Of a stretch of 64,000 nt of DNA, positions 11,299 to 62,390 are shown piece by piece; positions within the stretch are counted from its first letter, which is position 1; each line of letters starts with the position of its first letter. This stretch comes from the human T2T-CHM13v2.0 reference genome, Homo sapiens. The notes under the pieces are model-generated. The model was not told the origin of the DNA and made no database searches. It was given only the letters and a program-made list of their open reading frames with translations. The stretch lies in the NCBI RefSeq assembly GCF_009914755.1, contig NC_060929.1. One strand, 5' to 3'. Made by a program: the position numbers and the translations under genes.

Positions 11299-14200
11299 CT
11301 GACATGAATGAAGAAAAATACACATAATGAAAAAGTTAGGGCTGAAGTTCTATAATCCTCACTTAAATCATAAGGCAGCTAAGGATAGTGTTTCAGTAAA
11401 AGCTTAAGACCTCGGCTGTACCAAGAAGATCACTTCTACGTGAAAATGTGTAACAGGCCAAGTTCTTATCTGAAAACCAGGTAAGGGCTGGGTGACCAAA
11501 AGACCCTAACCCTAGCCCTTTCCGTCTTCTAACTGTTTGTTGCTAAGAAGATCTACCACCATTTGCCTGCTCCGGCTCTAGTACAATTGGCAAAGTTTAA
11601 AATGTTTGGGTCGACTTCAACTACCGTTGGCCAGGTTCTTATAAAAGTTGTATTTAGCTTTGCCCGGTGGCGACTAGTAAACGGCCTGAGTTTGAGACAC
11701 TGCTTATGTTCTGATAAGGACACATAAAAATAAAGTGGGTTAAGAAGTTCAGCCTCAAGACACAGTGGGCCTCTTTCCTCAAACTGGAGACTGCTGGAAT
11801 CTCACGAAAACGGGACGAAGATTGCTGGGAGGCTGGAGGGGGCACTGCCCGGCTCTGCCCCCTACACCAAGGAGCAGCAGGGCTGGCCTGCACTGCAGAG
11901 AAATCCAGCGCCTCTAAGACCGGATGACTCACACAGCCTGCTGGCCAGCAGGCACCTGGCTCCGTATAGAGCCACCAACCCTTTGTCCATCCCACAAGTA
12001 AGAGTTGGATGTGTTTCAACAATAAAAAAAGACCGTGTGATAACAGTTCCATCCACATTCCGAACTGATGCTGCTCAATAATTTCATGCATGTTGGAGCA
12101 ACTGCATGCTAAGTCTTAGTTTTCCAAACAGCGACGTGTTCTGCTTGTACATTCTAAAAGCAGCACGGAGTTGAGTCTTCTGGAAAACAGAACTGTTTGG
12201 CAAATTTTCAAAGCCCAAGGCCCCAAAAGCCACTGAGAGCAGCAGTCTGGGTTCCCTCGTGTGCTTCTATCCTGTAACCCCTCCCCTACTAACTGTGGGA
12301 CTCCCTCGTCTGCAGCCCCTTCTAGAACCACTGGAGTTTCTATCAACTTTAATGGTTCTCTTCCTCCTCCTGCTGCCTCCCCCAACCCAGGTGGTGTCCT
12401 TGACATTCAATTATTTTCTCCCGGGTCATTAATGGTCACCTTTTTCTTCCAGGTCATTAATGGTCACCTTTGCTTTTCTCCCGGGTCATGAATGACCTTT
12501 GTGGGAGCAATTCCATAACAGCAAGATTTCCATTAGCCTGAAAGCCAGTCCCCCTTGGATATGCTGTTGACACTTCACTGAGTAAGCACAAAACCAAACT
12601 CATCCTTCCTCAACCAAAAATAGCTGCTAGTCCTACTTCAGATGACAACTCAAACTCACGTCACCTTTATCTCCTCCCTTTGACGAGAGCTCACAGGCAG
12701 GGGCCTGACCAGGAAAGAAGCTGTTACAACGTCACTTGATAAGCACTGAGGGGTTTGCAAAGGTATGTGAGGAGAGAGAAGGGAAGGCTCGTCTGGTTTT
12801 GGTGAAGTCAAGAACGGCTTCCTAAAAAGGTGAATGAACAAAGTCTAGAAGGCTGAAGGCTGAGCAGAAGCTGCAAGGAAAAGTCACCCGAAATTAAACG
12901 AGCAAGGCAGGCGAGAGCATCGGAGAGTGAGAGCTTCCAGGAGCCGGATGTGCCTGGGGACGGGGCTTATGTCAAGGACAAGCTGGAGCTGCCTCTGGAA
13001 AGTCACAGGTGCCAAATGAGAGGGGCCCCCAGGAGACCCGGACAAGGAGCACGGGATATGTTCTGCAGCCACGAGGAGTCAAAGGAATTAACGTGACTTA
13101 AGAGCATCCAGGAGGTGTGGAGGGGTGGAGGTGGGGCTGCGAGGGGTGGCGCCGAATCAAGAGGAGACAGGGAGCTGCTCCCTGATACAATCTGGGGACG
13201 ATCTCAGTCGAGTCACATCATTGACACACCAAACCACTGGAAAACTAACACAGACAATGACGCACACGGTTAAACGTCAGACCCCACCATACAGGCTGTG
13301 GTTACTGGTAAGTTTTTGGCTGGACAGGGAGCCAGGCAGGGGAGGCTACAGGCAGCTTTGCAGAGGAAAGTGTGGCAGGACAGGCTGGATGTCAGGAAAA
13401 CCTGAATTCCGAGTCTGACCTGACAGACTTTGGGCACACGCAACTTTTCAAAGCCTCAGTTTCCGGTGAGACTCCTGCTTCTGGGAAGACGGAGTAGACG
13501 TCCTCCCTATTCTTCTTCTAAGTAAACTAAAAATCCTGGACATCATCTGTAAAACAAGATGACTCTGAAAGATGGAGAGAAGGCAGACTGGCTTGGGTCC
13601 TTGGGACCCCAGGAACAACACGGGGGCAAGTCCTCTAGATTTTCATTTTGCCTCATAGATCCCATACTTGGAGCTGAAGACACAGTCAATTGGAAATCTC
13701 AACGGGTGCAGACAAAAAAAGAAACTCCAACAAAGCCTGCTGTCTCTGCCCAAAGGACCACGATAGAGGCCTGGCAAGAGAGAAAATGTTCCGACAGTAA
13801 TCACTCTACATCAGCCAAATAACACAGAAAAAACTACGGCCCCACCTCCACCCACATGGGCAAAGGCTGGATGGAGCTGAGGCTCCCACTCCCACCCAGC
13901 AGCAAACACAGGGTGGGGTCGGGGGGAGCCATGTGGGGAGCAGTGCTGAGGCCTTCCCAGCCGGGGGGCACCAGTAGAGGCCGGGGGGCTGGAACTCCCA
14001 TCCTTTCCTCGGGGGCCCATGGGGGCCAGAGGCTGAGTGGGGAGCCTGGACTTCCATCCTCACCTGGCAGTAAGGAGGCTGCGTGGCCCTTCCCCTGCCA
14101 GGGCGCCATTCAAGAAAGCCAGCTAAGACCGAAGGTTTAAATAAAAACCAGTGTTTCAGCACGTAATGCCCCAAATGCGCAGGTTCAAACAGAAAATCAC

Positions 14201-14423
14201 TCCTAGTACCAAGGGCCAGGACGGGTCACACTAAATGAACAAAGATGATCAACAGATGCCAAGACCTGGATGAGAGATGGCAGTATCATCTGACAAGGAC
14301 TTCAGAGCAGCTGCCATGACAGAGAGCCTAAGAAAATAAACACAAGACGTAAAGAAGAACCAAATGAAAATTCTGGAACTGAAAAACAGAACAACTCGAA
14401 GAAAAACTGGAATGACGGAATCA

Positions 14424-14891
14424 GGACTCCCCCACAAACACAGAAACAACCCTTCGCAGCCTGGCCACACACATCATTCCACAACACATAGGACTCCCCC
14501 ACAAACACAGAAACAACCCTTCGCAGCCTGGCCACACACATCATTCCACAACACATAGGACTCCCCCACAAACACAGAAACAACCCTTCGCAGCCTGGCC
14601 ACACACATCATTCCACAACACATAGGACTCCCCCACAAACACAGAAACAACCCTTCGCAGCCTGGCCACACACATCATTCCACAACACATAGGACTCCCC
14701 CACAAACACAGAAACAACCCTTCGCAGCCTGGCCACACACATCATTCCACAACACATAGGACTCCCCCACAAACACAGAAACAACCCTTCGCAGCCTGGC
14801 CACACACATCATTCCACAACACATAGGACTCCCCCACAAACACAGAAACAATCCTTTGCAGCCTGGTCACAAACATCATTCCATAATACAT
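14424..14891. repeat. 67-bp minisatellite, 7 copies, embedded in L1
   Basis: GGACTCCCCCACAAACACAG.. starts at 14424, 14491, 14558, 14625, 14692, 14759 and 14826. Confidence 0.95.
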
Positions 14892-15714
14892 AAAACTAAT
14901 TCTACAGCACGGCCACGTGGGGATTGCTCCAGAGACAAAAGACGGGTTCAATATTCAAAAATCAATGCAATCTAACACATTACTAAGCTGATGAAGAAAA
15001 ATCACGATTCCATCAATTGAAACCAAAAAAAAACGGACCAAATTCAACACCTATTCATGAAAAACAGGAATACAGGGGAGCTTCCTTGACTTGATAAACA
15101 GCATCTACGGAAAACCTGCAGCTGACACTGTACTTAGCTGGGAGAGGCTGAGTGTGTTCTCTCTCAGGTCAGGGACCGTCCAACAGAGTCCCAGAAGCTC
15201 CAGCTAGTGCCGGAAGGCAAGACAAGAAATCAAAGGCAAACAGGCTGGAAAGAAGAAATACAACTAAAGTCTTACTCCTTATTAACAAAATTAACTCAAA
15301 TGGGTAAGGGCTTAAATGTAAAATGTAAAACTAAAACTTTAGGAAGAAAAAACCTTCAGGATCTAGAGCTAGGCAGAATTCTTAGACTTTCCACAAAAAG
15401 CATGGTTCATAAAAGGAAACGATGATAAGCTGCCCTTCATCAAAATTACAACTTTTACACTGCAAATGCCCCTATGAAGAGAATGAAAAGACAGGCTACA
15501 GACTGGGAGAGGATACTTGCAAGCCACATATGCAACTAAGGACTAGAATCTAAGACATATTAACAACTCTCAAAACTCAACATTAAAAAACAAACAGTCC
15601 TATTAGGAAACGGCTGAAACGCAAGAATACTCATTTCATCAGGAGGATACGCTGATGGCAATGAGCACGTGAAGAGGTGCTCGACATCACACCCTGGAGC
15701 CACGATGAGAAAAG

Positions 15715-18700
15715 ATGCTCAACACTGCACAGTAGAGCCACGATGAGACAGCACCACACACCCATCAGGATGGGGCAGACGGGACAGCAGTGTGAGCACG
15801 CTGATGCTCGACATCGCACACTGCAGCCACGATGAGACAGCACCACACACCCATCAGGATGGGGCAGACGGGACAGCAATGTGAGCACGCTGAGATGCTC
15901 GACATTGCACACTGCAGCCACGACGAGACAGCACCACACACCCATCAGGATGGGGCAGACGGGACAGCAGTGTGAGCACACTGATGCTCGACATCGCACA
16001 CTGCAGCCACGACGAGACAGCACCACACACCCATCAGGATGGGGCAGACGGGACAGCACTGTGAGCACGCTGATGCTCGACATCGCACACTGCAGCCACG
16101 ATGAGACAGCACCACACACCCATCAGGATGGGGCAGACGGGACAGCAGTGTGAGCACGCTGATGCTCGACATCACACACTGCAGCCACGATGAGACAGCA
16201 CCACACACCCATCACGATGGGGCAGACGGGACAGCAGTGTGAGCACGCTGATGCTCGACATCGAATACTGCAGCCACGATGAGACAGCACCACACACCCA
16301 TCACGATGGGGCAGACGGGACAGCAGTGTGAGCACGCTGATGCTCGACATCGCACACTGCAGCCATGACGAGACAGCACCACACACCCATCATGATGGGG
16401 CAGACTGGACAGCAGTGTGAGCACGCTGATGCTCGACATCGCACACTGCAGCCACGACGAGACAGCACCACACACCCATCAGGATGGGGCAGACGGGACA
16501 GCAGTGTGAGCACGCTGATGCTCGACATCGCACACTGCAGCCACGACGAGACAGCACCACACACCCATCAGGATGGGGCAGACGGGACAGCAATGTGAGC
16601 ACGCTGAGATGCTCGACATTGCACACTGCAGCCACGACGAGACAGCACCACACACCCATCAGGATGGGGCAGACGGGACAGCAGTGTGAGCACACTGATG
16701 CTCGACATCGCACACTGCAGCCACGACGAGACAGCACCACACACCCATCAGGATGGGGCAGACGGGACAGCAATGTGAGCATGCTGATGCTTGACATCGC
16801 ACACTGCAGCCACGATGAGACAGCACCACACACCCATCACGATGGGGCAGACGGGACAGCAGTGTGAGCACGCTGATGCTCGACATCGCACACTGCAGCC
16901 ACGATGAGACAGCACCACACACCCATCACGATGGGGCAGACGGGACAGCAGTGTGAGCACGCTGATGCTCGACATCAAATACTGCAGCCACGATGAGACA
17001 GCACCACACACCCATCACGATGGGGCAGACGGGACAGCAGTGTGAGCACGCTGATGCTCGACATCGCACACTGCAGCCATGACGAGACAGCACCACACAC
17101 CCATCATGATGGGGCAGACTGGACAGCAGTGTGAGCACACTGATGCTCGACATCGCACACTGCAGCCACGACGAGACAGCACCACACACCCATCAGGATG
17201 GGGCAGACGGGACAGCAGTGTGAGCACGCTGATGCTCGACATCGCACACTGCAGCCACGATGAGACAGCACCACACACCCATCAGGATGGGGCAGACGGG
17301 ACAGCAATGTGAGCACGCTGAGATGCTCGACATTGCACACTGCAGCCACGACGAGACAGCACCACACACCCATCAGGATGGGGCAGACGGGACAGCAGTG
17401 TGAGCACACTGATGCTCGACATCGCACACTGCAGCCACGACGAGACAGCACCACACACCCATCAGGATGGGGCAGACGGGACAGCAATGTGAGCACGCTG
17501 ATGCTCGACATCGCACACTGCAGCCACGATGAGACAGCACCACACACCCATCAGGATGGGGCAGACGGGACAGCAGTGTGAGCACGCTGATGCTCGACAT
17601 CACACACTGCAGCCACGATGAGACAGCACCACACACCCATCACGATGGGGCAGACGGGACAGCAGTGTGAGCACGCTGATGCTCGACATCGAATACTGCA
17701 GCCACGATGAGACAGCACCACACACCCATCACGATGGGGCAGACGGGACAGCAATGTGAGCACGCTGATGCTCGACATCGCACACTGCAGCCATGACGAG
17801 ACAGCACCACACACCCATCATGATGGGGCAGACTGGACAGCAGTGTGAGCACACTGATGCTCGACATCGCACACTGCAGCCACGATGAGACAGCACCACA
17901 CACCCATCACGATGGGGCAGACGGGACAGCAGTGTGAGCACGCTGATGCTCGACATCGAATACTGCAGCCACGATGAGACAGCACCACACACCCATCACG
18001 ATGGGGCAGACGGGACAGCAGTGTGAGCACGCTGATGCTCGACATCGCACACTGCAGCCACGACGAGACAGCACCACACACCCATCAGGATGGGGCAGAC
18101 GGGACAGCAGTGTGAGCACACTGATGCTCGACATTGCACACTGCAGCCACGAAGAGACAGCACCACACACCCATCACGATGGGGCAGACGGGACAGCAGT
18201 GTGAGCACACTGATGCTCGACATCGAATACTGCAGCCACGACGAGACAGCACCACACACCCATCAGGATGGGGCAGACGGGACAGCAGTGTGAGCACACT
18301 GATGCTCGACATCGCACACTGCAGCCACGACGAGACAGCACCACACACCCATCACGATGGGGCAGACGGGACAGCAGTGTGAGCACGCTGATGCTCGACA
18401 TCGCACACTGCAGCCATGACGAGACAGCACCACACACCCATCATGATGGGGCAGACTGGACAGCAGTGTGAGCACACTGATGCTTGACATCGCACACTGC
18501 AGCCACGACGAGACAGCACCACACACCCATCAGGATGGGGCAGACGGGACAGCAGTGTGAGCACGCTGATGCTCGACATCGCACACTGCAGCCACGACGA
18601 GACAGCACCACACACCCATCAGGATGGGGCAGACGGGACAGCAGTGTGAGCACGCTGATGCTCGACATTGCACGCTGCAGCCACGATGAGACAGCACCAC

Positions 18701-18735
18701 ACACCCATCAGGATGGGGCAGACGGGACAGCAGTG
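15715..18735. repeat. 89-bp VNTR, about 34 copies, with a 714-bp (8-monomer) higher-order repeat
   Basis: Unit GTGAGCACGCTGATGCTCGACATCGCACACTGCAGCCACGATGAGACAGCACCACACACCCATCAGGATGGGGCAGACGGGACAGCAGT. Variant monomers recur every 714 bp. Confidence 0.95.
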
Positions 18736-19789
18736 AAACACCAAATACTGACCAGGTGGAGAAACCGATCAGCTCTGCATTGCTGGTGAGAACCTAAAAC
18801 GGTGCAGCAACTCGGGAAACATTTCAGCCCTTCTTAAAAAACTAAACGTGCAACCTCCATAAAACCCAGTAATTTCACTTCTGGCCCTTTATCCGAGAGA
18901 AATGAAAACTTACATCGACACAAAAACCTACACAAGAATGTTTATAAGAGCTTTATTCATAACAGCTGAAAACTGGAAAGGACCCAGATGTCTTTCAGTG
19001 GTTAAACACACTGTGGTACGTCCATGTCATAAAACACGACTCAGCAATGAAACTATCTATGAACTACTGATACAGCAACAATCTGCATGGACCTCAGGGG
19101 GTTATGCTGAATGAAAAAAGTCAACCCGAAAGGTTATATACTGTTTGATTCCATTTACATAACATTCTTGAAATGACAAAGTTCTGGAGATGAAGAACAG
19201 ATCAGTAGCTGCCGGGGGCTATGGAGGGAGGGGCGGTACACAGGGCAGCACGTGAGGCCCCAGGGATTGGGGTATCTTGACCGCATCCTGGCAGATGTCT
19301 TGGCTGTGACACTGCACTATCGTTTTGCAGATGCTTCCATTGGGGAAAGCTGGGTAGAGGGTACACGGGCTCTCTGCATTACTGATGACAACTGCATGTG
19401 ATTTACATGACCCCAAAATAAAATATTTAATTAAAAGAAACTGAGTTGGGCCCAGTGAACTCAACCAGTCCCTTTCAGCTCTAAAACTATGTTTTCTGGG
19501 TCAGGGGAGGAAACAGGAGGTACAGGAACACTAGAGGGGAGAAAGCACGGAGAGATGGGAAAAGCACGGAGAGAGAGATGGGGAAAGGGCAATCAAGAAG
19601 ACTGAGAGAAAAGGGGGGAAGCAGAATGACAGAGGAGGTGTGAAGAGAGAGAAGCCCTCTGGAGCGCTGAAATACTGAATATTCTCCCCTGGGAGCTACT
19701 CAGGGTAAGAATTTCTCCAGGGACTGCTCTTTCAGGCAAGCACAATTACACACATTTCTATGTTATGTTAAGTAAAAATCTAGTAAATG

Positions 19790-20082
19790 GGCTGGGCACG
19801 GTGGCTCACACCTGTAACCCCAGCACTTTGGGAGGCCGAGGCGGGCAGATCATGAGGTCAGGAGATCGAGACCATCCTGGCCAATGTGGTGAAACCCCGT
19901 CTCTACTAAAAATACAAAAATTAGCTGGACGTGGTGAGGGGCGCCTGTAATCCCAGCTACTCGGGAGGCTGAGGCAGGAGAATCACTAGAACCAGGGAGT
20001 CAGAGGTTGCAGCAAGCCGAGATCGCGCCACTGCACTCCAGCCTGGCGACAGGGCAAGACTCCGTCTCGAAAAAAAAAAAAA
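19790..20082 (+). mobile_element. Alu (AluSc-like) with TSD TCTAGTAAATG
   Basis: Full dimer with a flanking direct repeat. Confidence 0.9.
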
Positions 20083-21104
20083 ATTCTAGTAAATGAAGCG
20101 AGTGATCAGGACAAAACTAGCCTCTCATCAATAAATCAACCAATAGCGCTTATCAAGTATTCATATGTCTGCCTCTTCTTCTAGACTACACTAGGGGCTG
20201 GTTAACGCTCCTATGTGCAACAGAACCTCAAACACATCGTAACACACCTTTGGAGAATCCTTACAAGAACACCAACTTAACAGTTCTCTCTGACCACACT
20301 ACCTCAGCAAAAAACCAGGAAGAAAAAAATATTCTTCAACCCTTTTCAGGGACAGAAAGCATCATTTCAAAAGTCCAAGAAGGGAAGGTAAGAATTTCAA
20401 AAGTGAAAGTTATCATGAAAGGCTATAAAAGCTGGAGATGAGTCTGAAAAACAAATGGAAAATGAGTCACTTCAGGGCCTCTCCCAGCCTCAAAGCCAAT
20501 TAATTATTACATTAGTCAGAGTAATTTTAAGCCTTCCAATCCACTCACCCTAGCCACAGGCAACAGTAGCCTCTCCAAGTGTTAAGGGTTTTTTTTCCCA
20601 AGCCTGCAGGCGGATGAGCTTTTTACATGGCAGCCCCTTAGGATTGGATGTGGACCTGCCCTGTCTTTCACCAAGAAGCAAGCACTGCGCAGATCACTGA
20701 ATCATAAAAACCACCTGCTCTTACCAGCCTCCTCTTCCTCTACAGCAAAACTTCTGACCTGAGACATGGAAGCAGATAAAAAGCCACTACACAAAATGTA
20801 TCGCTACAACTAGAGGGCAGTTTTGCCTTTCTTCCATTCAATTATTCAGTTTCTCATGTTCCTAAGTGCCAGCCCAGAACCATGGAATGTGAAGAAACAC
20901 AAAACTCACTCCTCTGCATCAGTGAATTGATTGTGTGGTGGGGATGTAAGTCTGCATATGACCGGCAGGTCCCCAAAGTGGTGCCAAGTCAATCTAAACT
21001 AGAGAGAATTTTTCTGGCCAGGCCAAGCAGAGATTTCATGGATGAAGTCTCCCAAAGACTGATTTCCTAAACATTAAACATCACTGGTTTTCCAAAACTG
21101 GTTT

Positions 21105-21379
21105 TCTTTTTTTTTTTTTTTTAACCCTGTTGCTCGGGCTGGAGGGCAAGTGGTGCCATCTCCACTCACTGCAGCCTCGACCTCCCAGGCTCCACTGATC
21201 TTCCCACCTCAGCCTCCTGAGTAGCTGGGACTACAGGTGTGCACCGTCACGACTTGCTAATTTTTGTATTTTTTTGTAGAGACGGGGTTTTGCTGTGTTG
21301 CTCAGGCTGGTCACTCGATCTGCCCACCTGGGCCTCGCAGAGTGCTGGGGTTACAGGTATGAGCCACCACGCCCAGCCC
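21105..21379 (-). mobile_element. Alu (AluJ-like)
   Basis: Poly(T) followed by an antisense Alu body. Confidence 0.85.
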
Positions 21380-21771
21380 ACTGGTTTCCTTTACACCCGT
21401 TTTGTTCCCCAGCAGTCCTTATGAGGGCACCTGAAATAAGGAACCTCCTCCCCGACTTGAGAGCAGCAAAGCCTTCAGAGGGAACTAAGTTATTAAAACC
21501 CACCCCACACAAAATGCTTCTAAACGCCTTGGCTGACTTAATCCTTGCAGTGTGCTGAGGTTAAGTATGATTATCCATCTCCTGTGAACAGGAAGACTGA
21601 GGCTCAGAGCTTAAGTGATTTGCCCACGGTTCACTGCAGGGGATAAAACTCGGCTGTCCCTGGCAGGTCCCAAAGTCACGGCCTTCAGGCTCCCACACCA
21701 TGCTGCCTCCCTCACCGGGGCTCCACACTCTCAGCCTGGAAAACACGAATTTTAAGAAAACCATGACTTAC

Positions 21772-21892
21772 GAAAAGCAGCCAATCCCAGCATTGGAACC
21801 AACAGGGCATAATTCCACCTGCTTCCATCACCACCATCCGCCCTGGAATTAGGCCGGATATTCCAATTTGGGGGATCATTTAGGTTATTCAT
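21772..21892 (-). CDS. CCDC127: CCDC127 first coding exon (MNNLNDPPNWNIRPNSRADGGDGSRWNYALLVPMLGLAAF; hydrophobic anchor segment)
   Basis: ATG at 21892-21890, donor GTAAGT at 21771-21766, acceptor AG at 21904-21903 (exon 21772-21902). Phase 1 matches the next exon. Not in the ORF track because it is short. Confidence 0.93.
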
Positions 21893-22004
21893 GGAGATAT
21901 ACCTTGAAGTAAAGAATAAAAACGTTAACTACTTTTATTCAAGAAATTTTTCTTCAGTTTTAACTATGTGCTTGCTGCACAGCACTGAGGCCCTACGGGA
22001 TTCA

Positions 22005-22272
<268 letters not shown>

Positions 22273-22341
22273 TTAAGCATCTGAAGTGCAGGTAGAATCA
22301 GGTAAGTTCTCTGGTACAAATATGTTTAAATGTATGGCTGC

Positions 22342-22520
22342 TGCGATGGTTAATTTTGTTTGTCAACTTGACGGCATCATGAGGTGCTCAGATACATGGT
22401 TAAGCATTATTTCTGGGCGTGTCTGTAAGGGTGTTTTTGGATGAGATTAGCAATTGAACCTTTAAACCAATTCCTCACGTCTCCCTTCTATTTGTTGTGT
22501 CTCTGGAGAACCCTCATACA
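22342..22520 (+). mobile_element. Internally deleted MLT2-like (ERVL) LTR
   Basis: TG(C)GATGGTTAATTTT..GTCAACTTGAC start and ..CTGGAGAACCCT..ATACA end, typical of MLT2. Confidence 0.65.
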
Positions 22521-23135
22521 GTTGTATCAAAGATACAGAATCAACTCGATAAAAGTGGGCTCACACCGGACACTTTCATATGAGCTAGGGTTTGAAGAGT
22601 GAGCAGCATTTTGACAGGCAGAGAAAGAAGGAAAGGGTCTTCTGATCAGAAGGAAGACTGTGAGGAAGGCAGGGAGGGGTGATGTGGGGAAGGTGCAAAC
22701 AGTGCTAGAAGCTTCTGAGGCCTCCTCGTGGTGGTGATGAATGCAGAGATTACAGAGCTCTCTGCTTCGGGCTCAGCATGCACCCTCCATAGCTAGGCTG
22801 GGGGCTAACGTTAGTAAGAATTTACTGATTTACTGAGTACCTACACGAAGTTTCACATTTTCACAAAGTAGAGTCACTTTAAGTTTGTTTACATGTGACC
22901 TCCACAAACACACACGATTACAAAATAGTTTAGTTAATCAAGGGATGTATAATAAACAAGAGGTCGGAGGCCCCGGGCCGCTCCCGCCCACCTCCGCGGA
23001 CGAGCGCCCCCCTCCGACCCCATTCCCTGCGGTCTGGGCGTTCAGGCCCTTCGGTCTGGGCGATCCCGGAGAACCACCCACGGGGCTTTAAAAATGTTGG
23101 TGCCCACCACCTCCCCGGAACAGGGCCCGCTCTAC

Positions 23136-23200
23136 CTCGGTCGGGGAGCGCGGGACCTCAGCGTTCCCTTAACGCCACCGTCCGCGGGTCCGCTTTGCGC
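23136..23200 (-). other. CCDC127: Probable non-coding exon 1 of CCDC127 (5' end approximate)
   Basis: Minus-strand donor GAG|GTAGAG at 23135-23130 inside the CpG island. Exon 2 has an acceptor upstream of its ATG, so an upstream exon is required. Confidence 0.6.
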
Positions 23201-23365
23201 AGGCGCGGCGCCCCCACTCAGTACCCGCTCCGGGCGTGGCATGGTGCGCAGGCGCGATGTCCCCCACTGCAGCCCCGCTCGACTCCGGCGTGGTGCGCAG
23301 GCGCGGTATCCCCCCTCCCCCGCCAGCTCGACCCCGGTGTGGTGCGCAGGCGCAGTCTGCGCAGG
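23196..23365. promoter_or_regulatory. Cluster of NRF1-like motifs TGCGCAGGCGC(G/A) at 23196, 23245, 23294 and 23343, plus a partial site at 23358
   Basis: Matches the NRF1 palindromic consensus TGCGCANGCGCR. Exact 49-bp spacing. Confidence 0.8.
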
Positions 23366-23398
23366 GACTGGCGGGACTGCGCGGCGGCAACAGCAGAC

Positions 23399-61462
<38,064 letters not shown>

Positions 61463-61703
61463 TGAGACAAGATGTGGTGATGACAGAATCAGCTTTTGTA
61501 ATTATGTATAATAGCTCATGCATGTGTCCATGTCATAACTGTCTTCATACGCTTCTGCACTCTGGGGAAGAAGGAGTACATTGAAGGGAGATTGGCACCT
61601 AGTGGCTGGGAGCTTGCCAGGAACCCAGTGGCCAGGGAGCGTGGCACTTACCTTTGTCCCTTGCTTCATTCTTGTGAGATGATAAAACTGGGCACAGCTC
61701 TTA

Positions 61704-61709
61704 AATAAA
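61704..61709 (+). terminator. SDHA polyadenylation signal AATAAA
   Basis: About 240 nt after the stop codon, followed by U-rich sequence. Confidence 0.75.
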
Positions 61710-61849
61710 ATATAAATGAACAAACTTTCTTTTATTTCCAAATCCATTTGAAATATTTTACTGTTGTGACTTTAGTCATATTTGTTGACCTAAAAATCAA
61801 ATGTAATCTTTGTATTGTGTTACATCAAAATCCAGATATTTTGTATAGT

Positions 61850-62135
61850 TTCTTTTTTCTTTTTCTTTTTTTTTTTTTTTTTGAGACAGGATCGGTGCAG
61901 TAGTACAATCACAGCTCACTGCAGCCTCAAACTCCTGGGCAGCTCAGGTGATCTTCCTGACTCAGCCTTCTGAGTAGTTGGGGCTACAGGTGTGCACCAC
62001 CATGCCCAGCTCATTTATTTTGTAATTGTAGGGACAGGGTCTCACTGTGTTGCCTAGGCTGGTCTCAAGTGATCCTCCCTCCTTGGCCTCCCAAGGTGCT
62101 GGAATTATAGGTGTGAACAAACCACCATGCCTGGC
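61850..62135 (-). mobile_element. Alu (AluJ-like)
   Basis: Poly(T) plus an antisense body. Confidence 0.82.
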
Positions 62136-62258
62136 CTTGTAGTTTATTTCTAAGTTCAAATTAATGTTGGTGCCTGAGAACGAATGGAGAAAACTAACAT
62201 TTCCTCCTTTTTCTTGGCAGACGGTTTACTAGGTGAGTGTGTCCTTGATTATTCAAAT

Positions 62259-62390
62259 CAGGGGTCCCCAATCCCCAGGCCACAGATTGTTACCAGTCCA
62301 TGGCCTGTTAGGAACCAGGCCGCACAGTAGGAGGTGAGCAGTGGGCCGGTGAGCTACTGTGTGAGCTCCACCCCCTGCCAGAGCATTACT
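62259..62390 (+). mobile_element. MER1-like (hAT-Charlie) DNA transposon 5' part
   Basis: CAGGGGTCCCCAA..CCATGGCCTGTTAGGAACCAGGCCGCACAG..GGAGGTGAGC matches the recalled MER1 consensus. Confidence 0.8.

Larger units (their letters stand above)
13460..19440 (+). mobile_element. Old fragmented L1 (L1M, L1MC-like 3' end) in a CCDC127 intron, interrupted by two VNTRs
   Basis: ORF2-like segments at about 14880-15260 (..GGTTCAATATTCAAAAATCAATG..AAATTCAACACCTATTCATGA). 3'-end segments at 15270-15700 and 18735-19440 end in an A-rich tail. 5' boundary approximate. Confidence 0.7.

Noticed and set aside
11299-11323. MYFSSFMSG start of the 228-aa ORF
   Set aside because: This is intron sequence (polypyrimidine tract). 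The true N-terminus comes from the exon at 21772-21892.
15631-18789. Dozens of Cys/His-rich ORFs, and a superficially CRISPR-like regular array
   Set aside because: The ORFs are translations of the 89-bp VNTR. The units are contiguous with no unique spacers, there are no cas genes, and the context is human.
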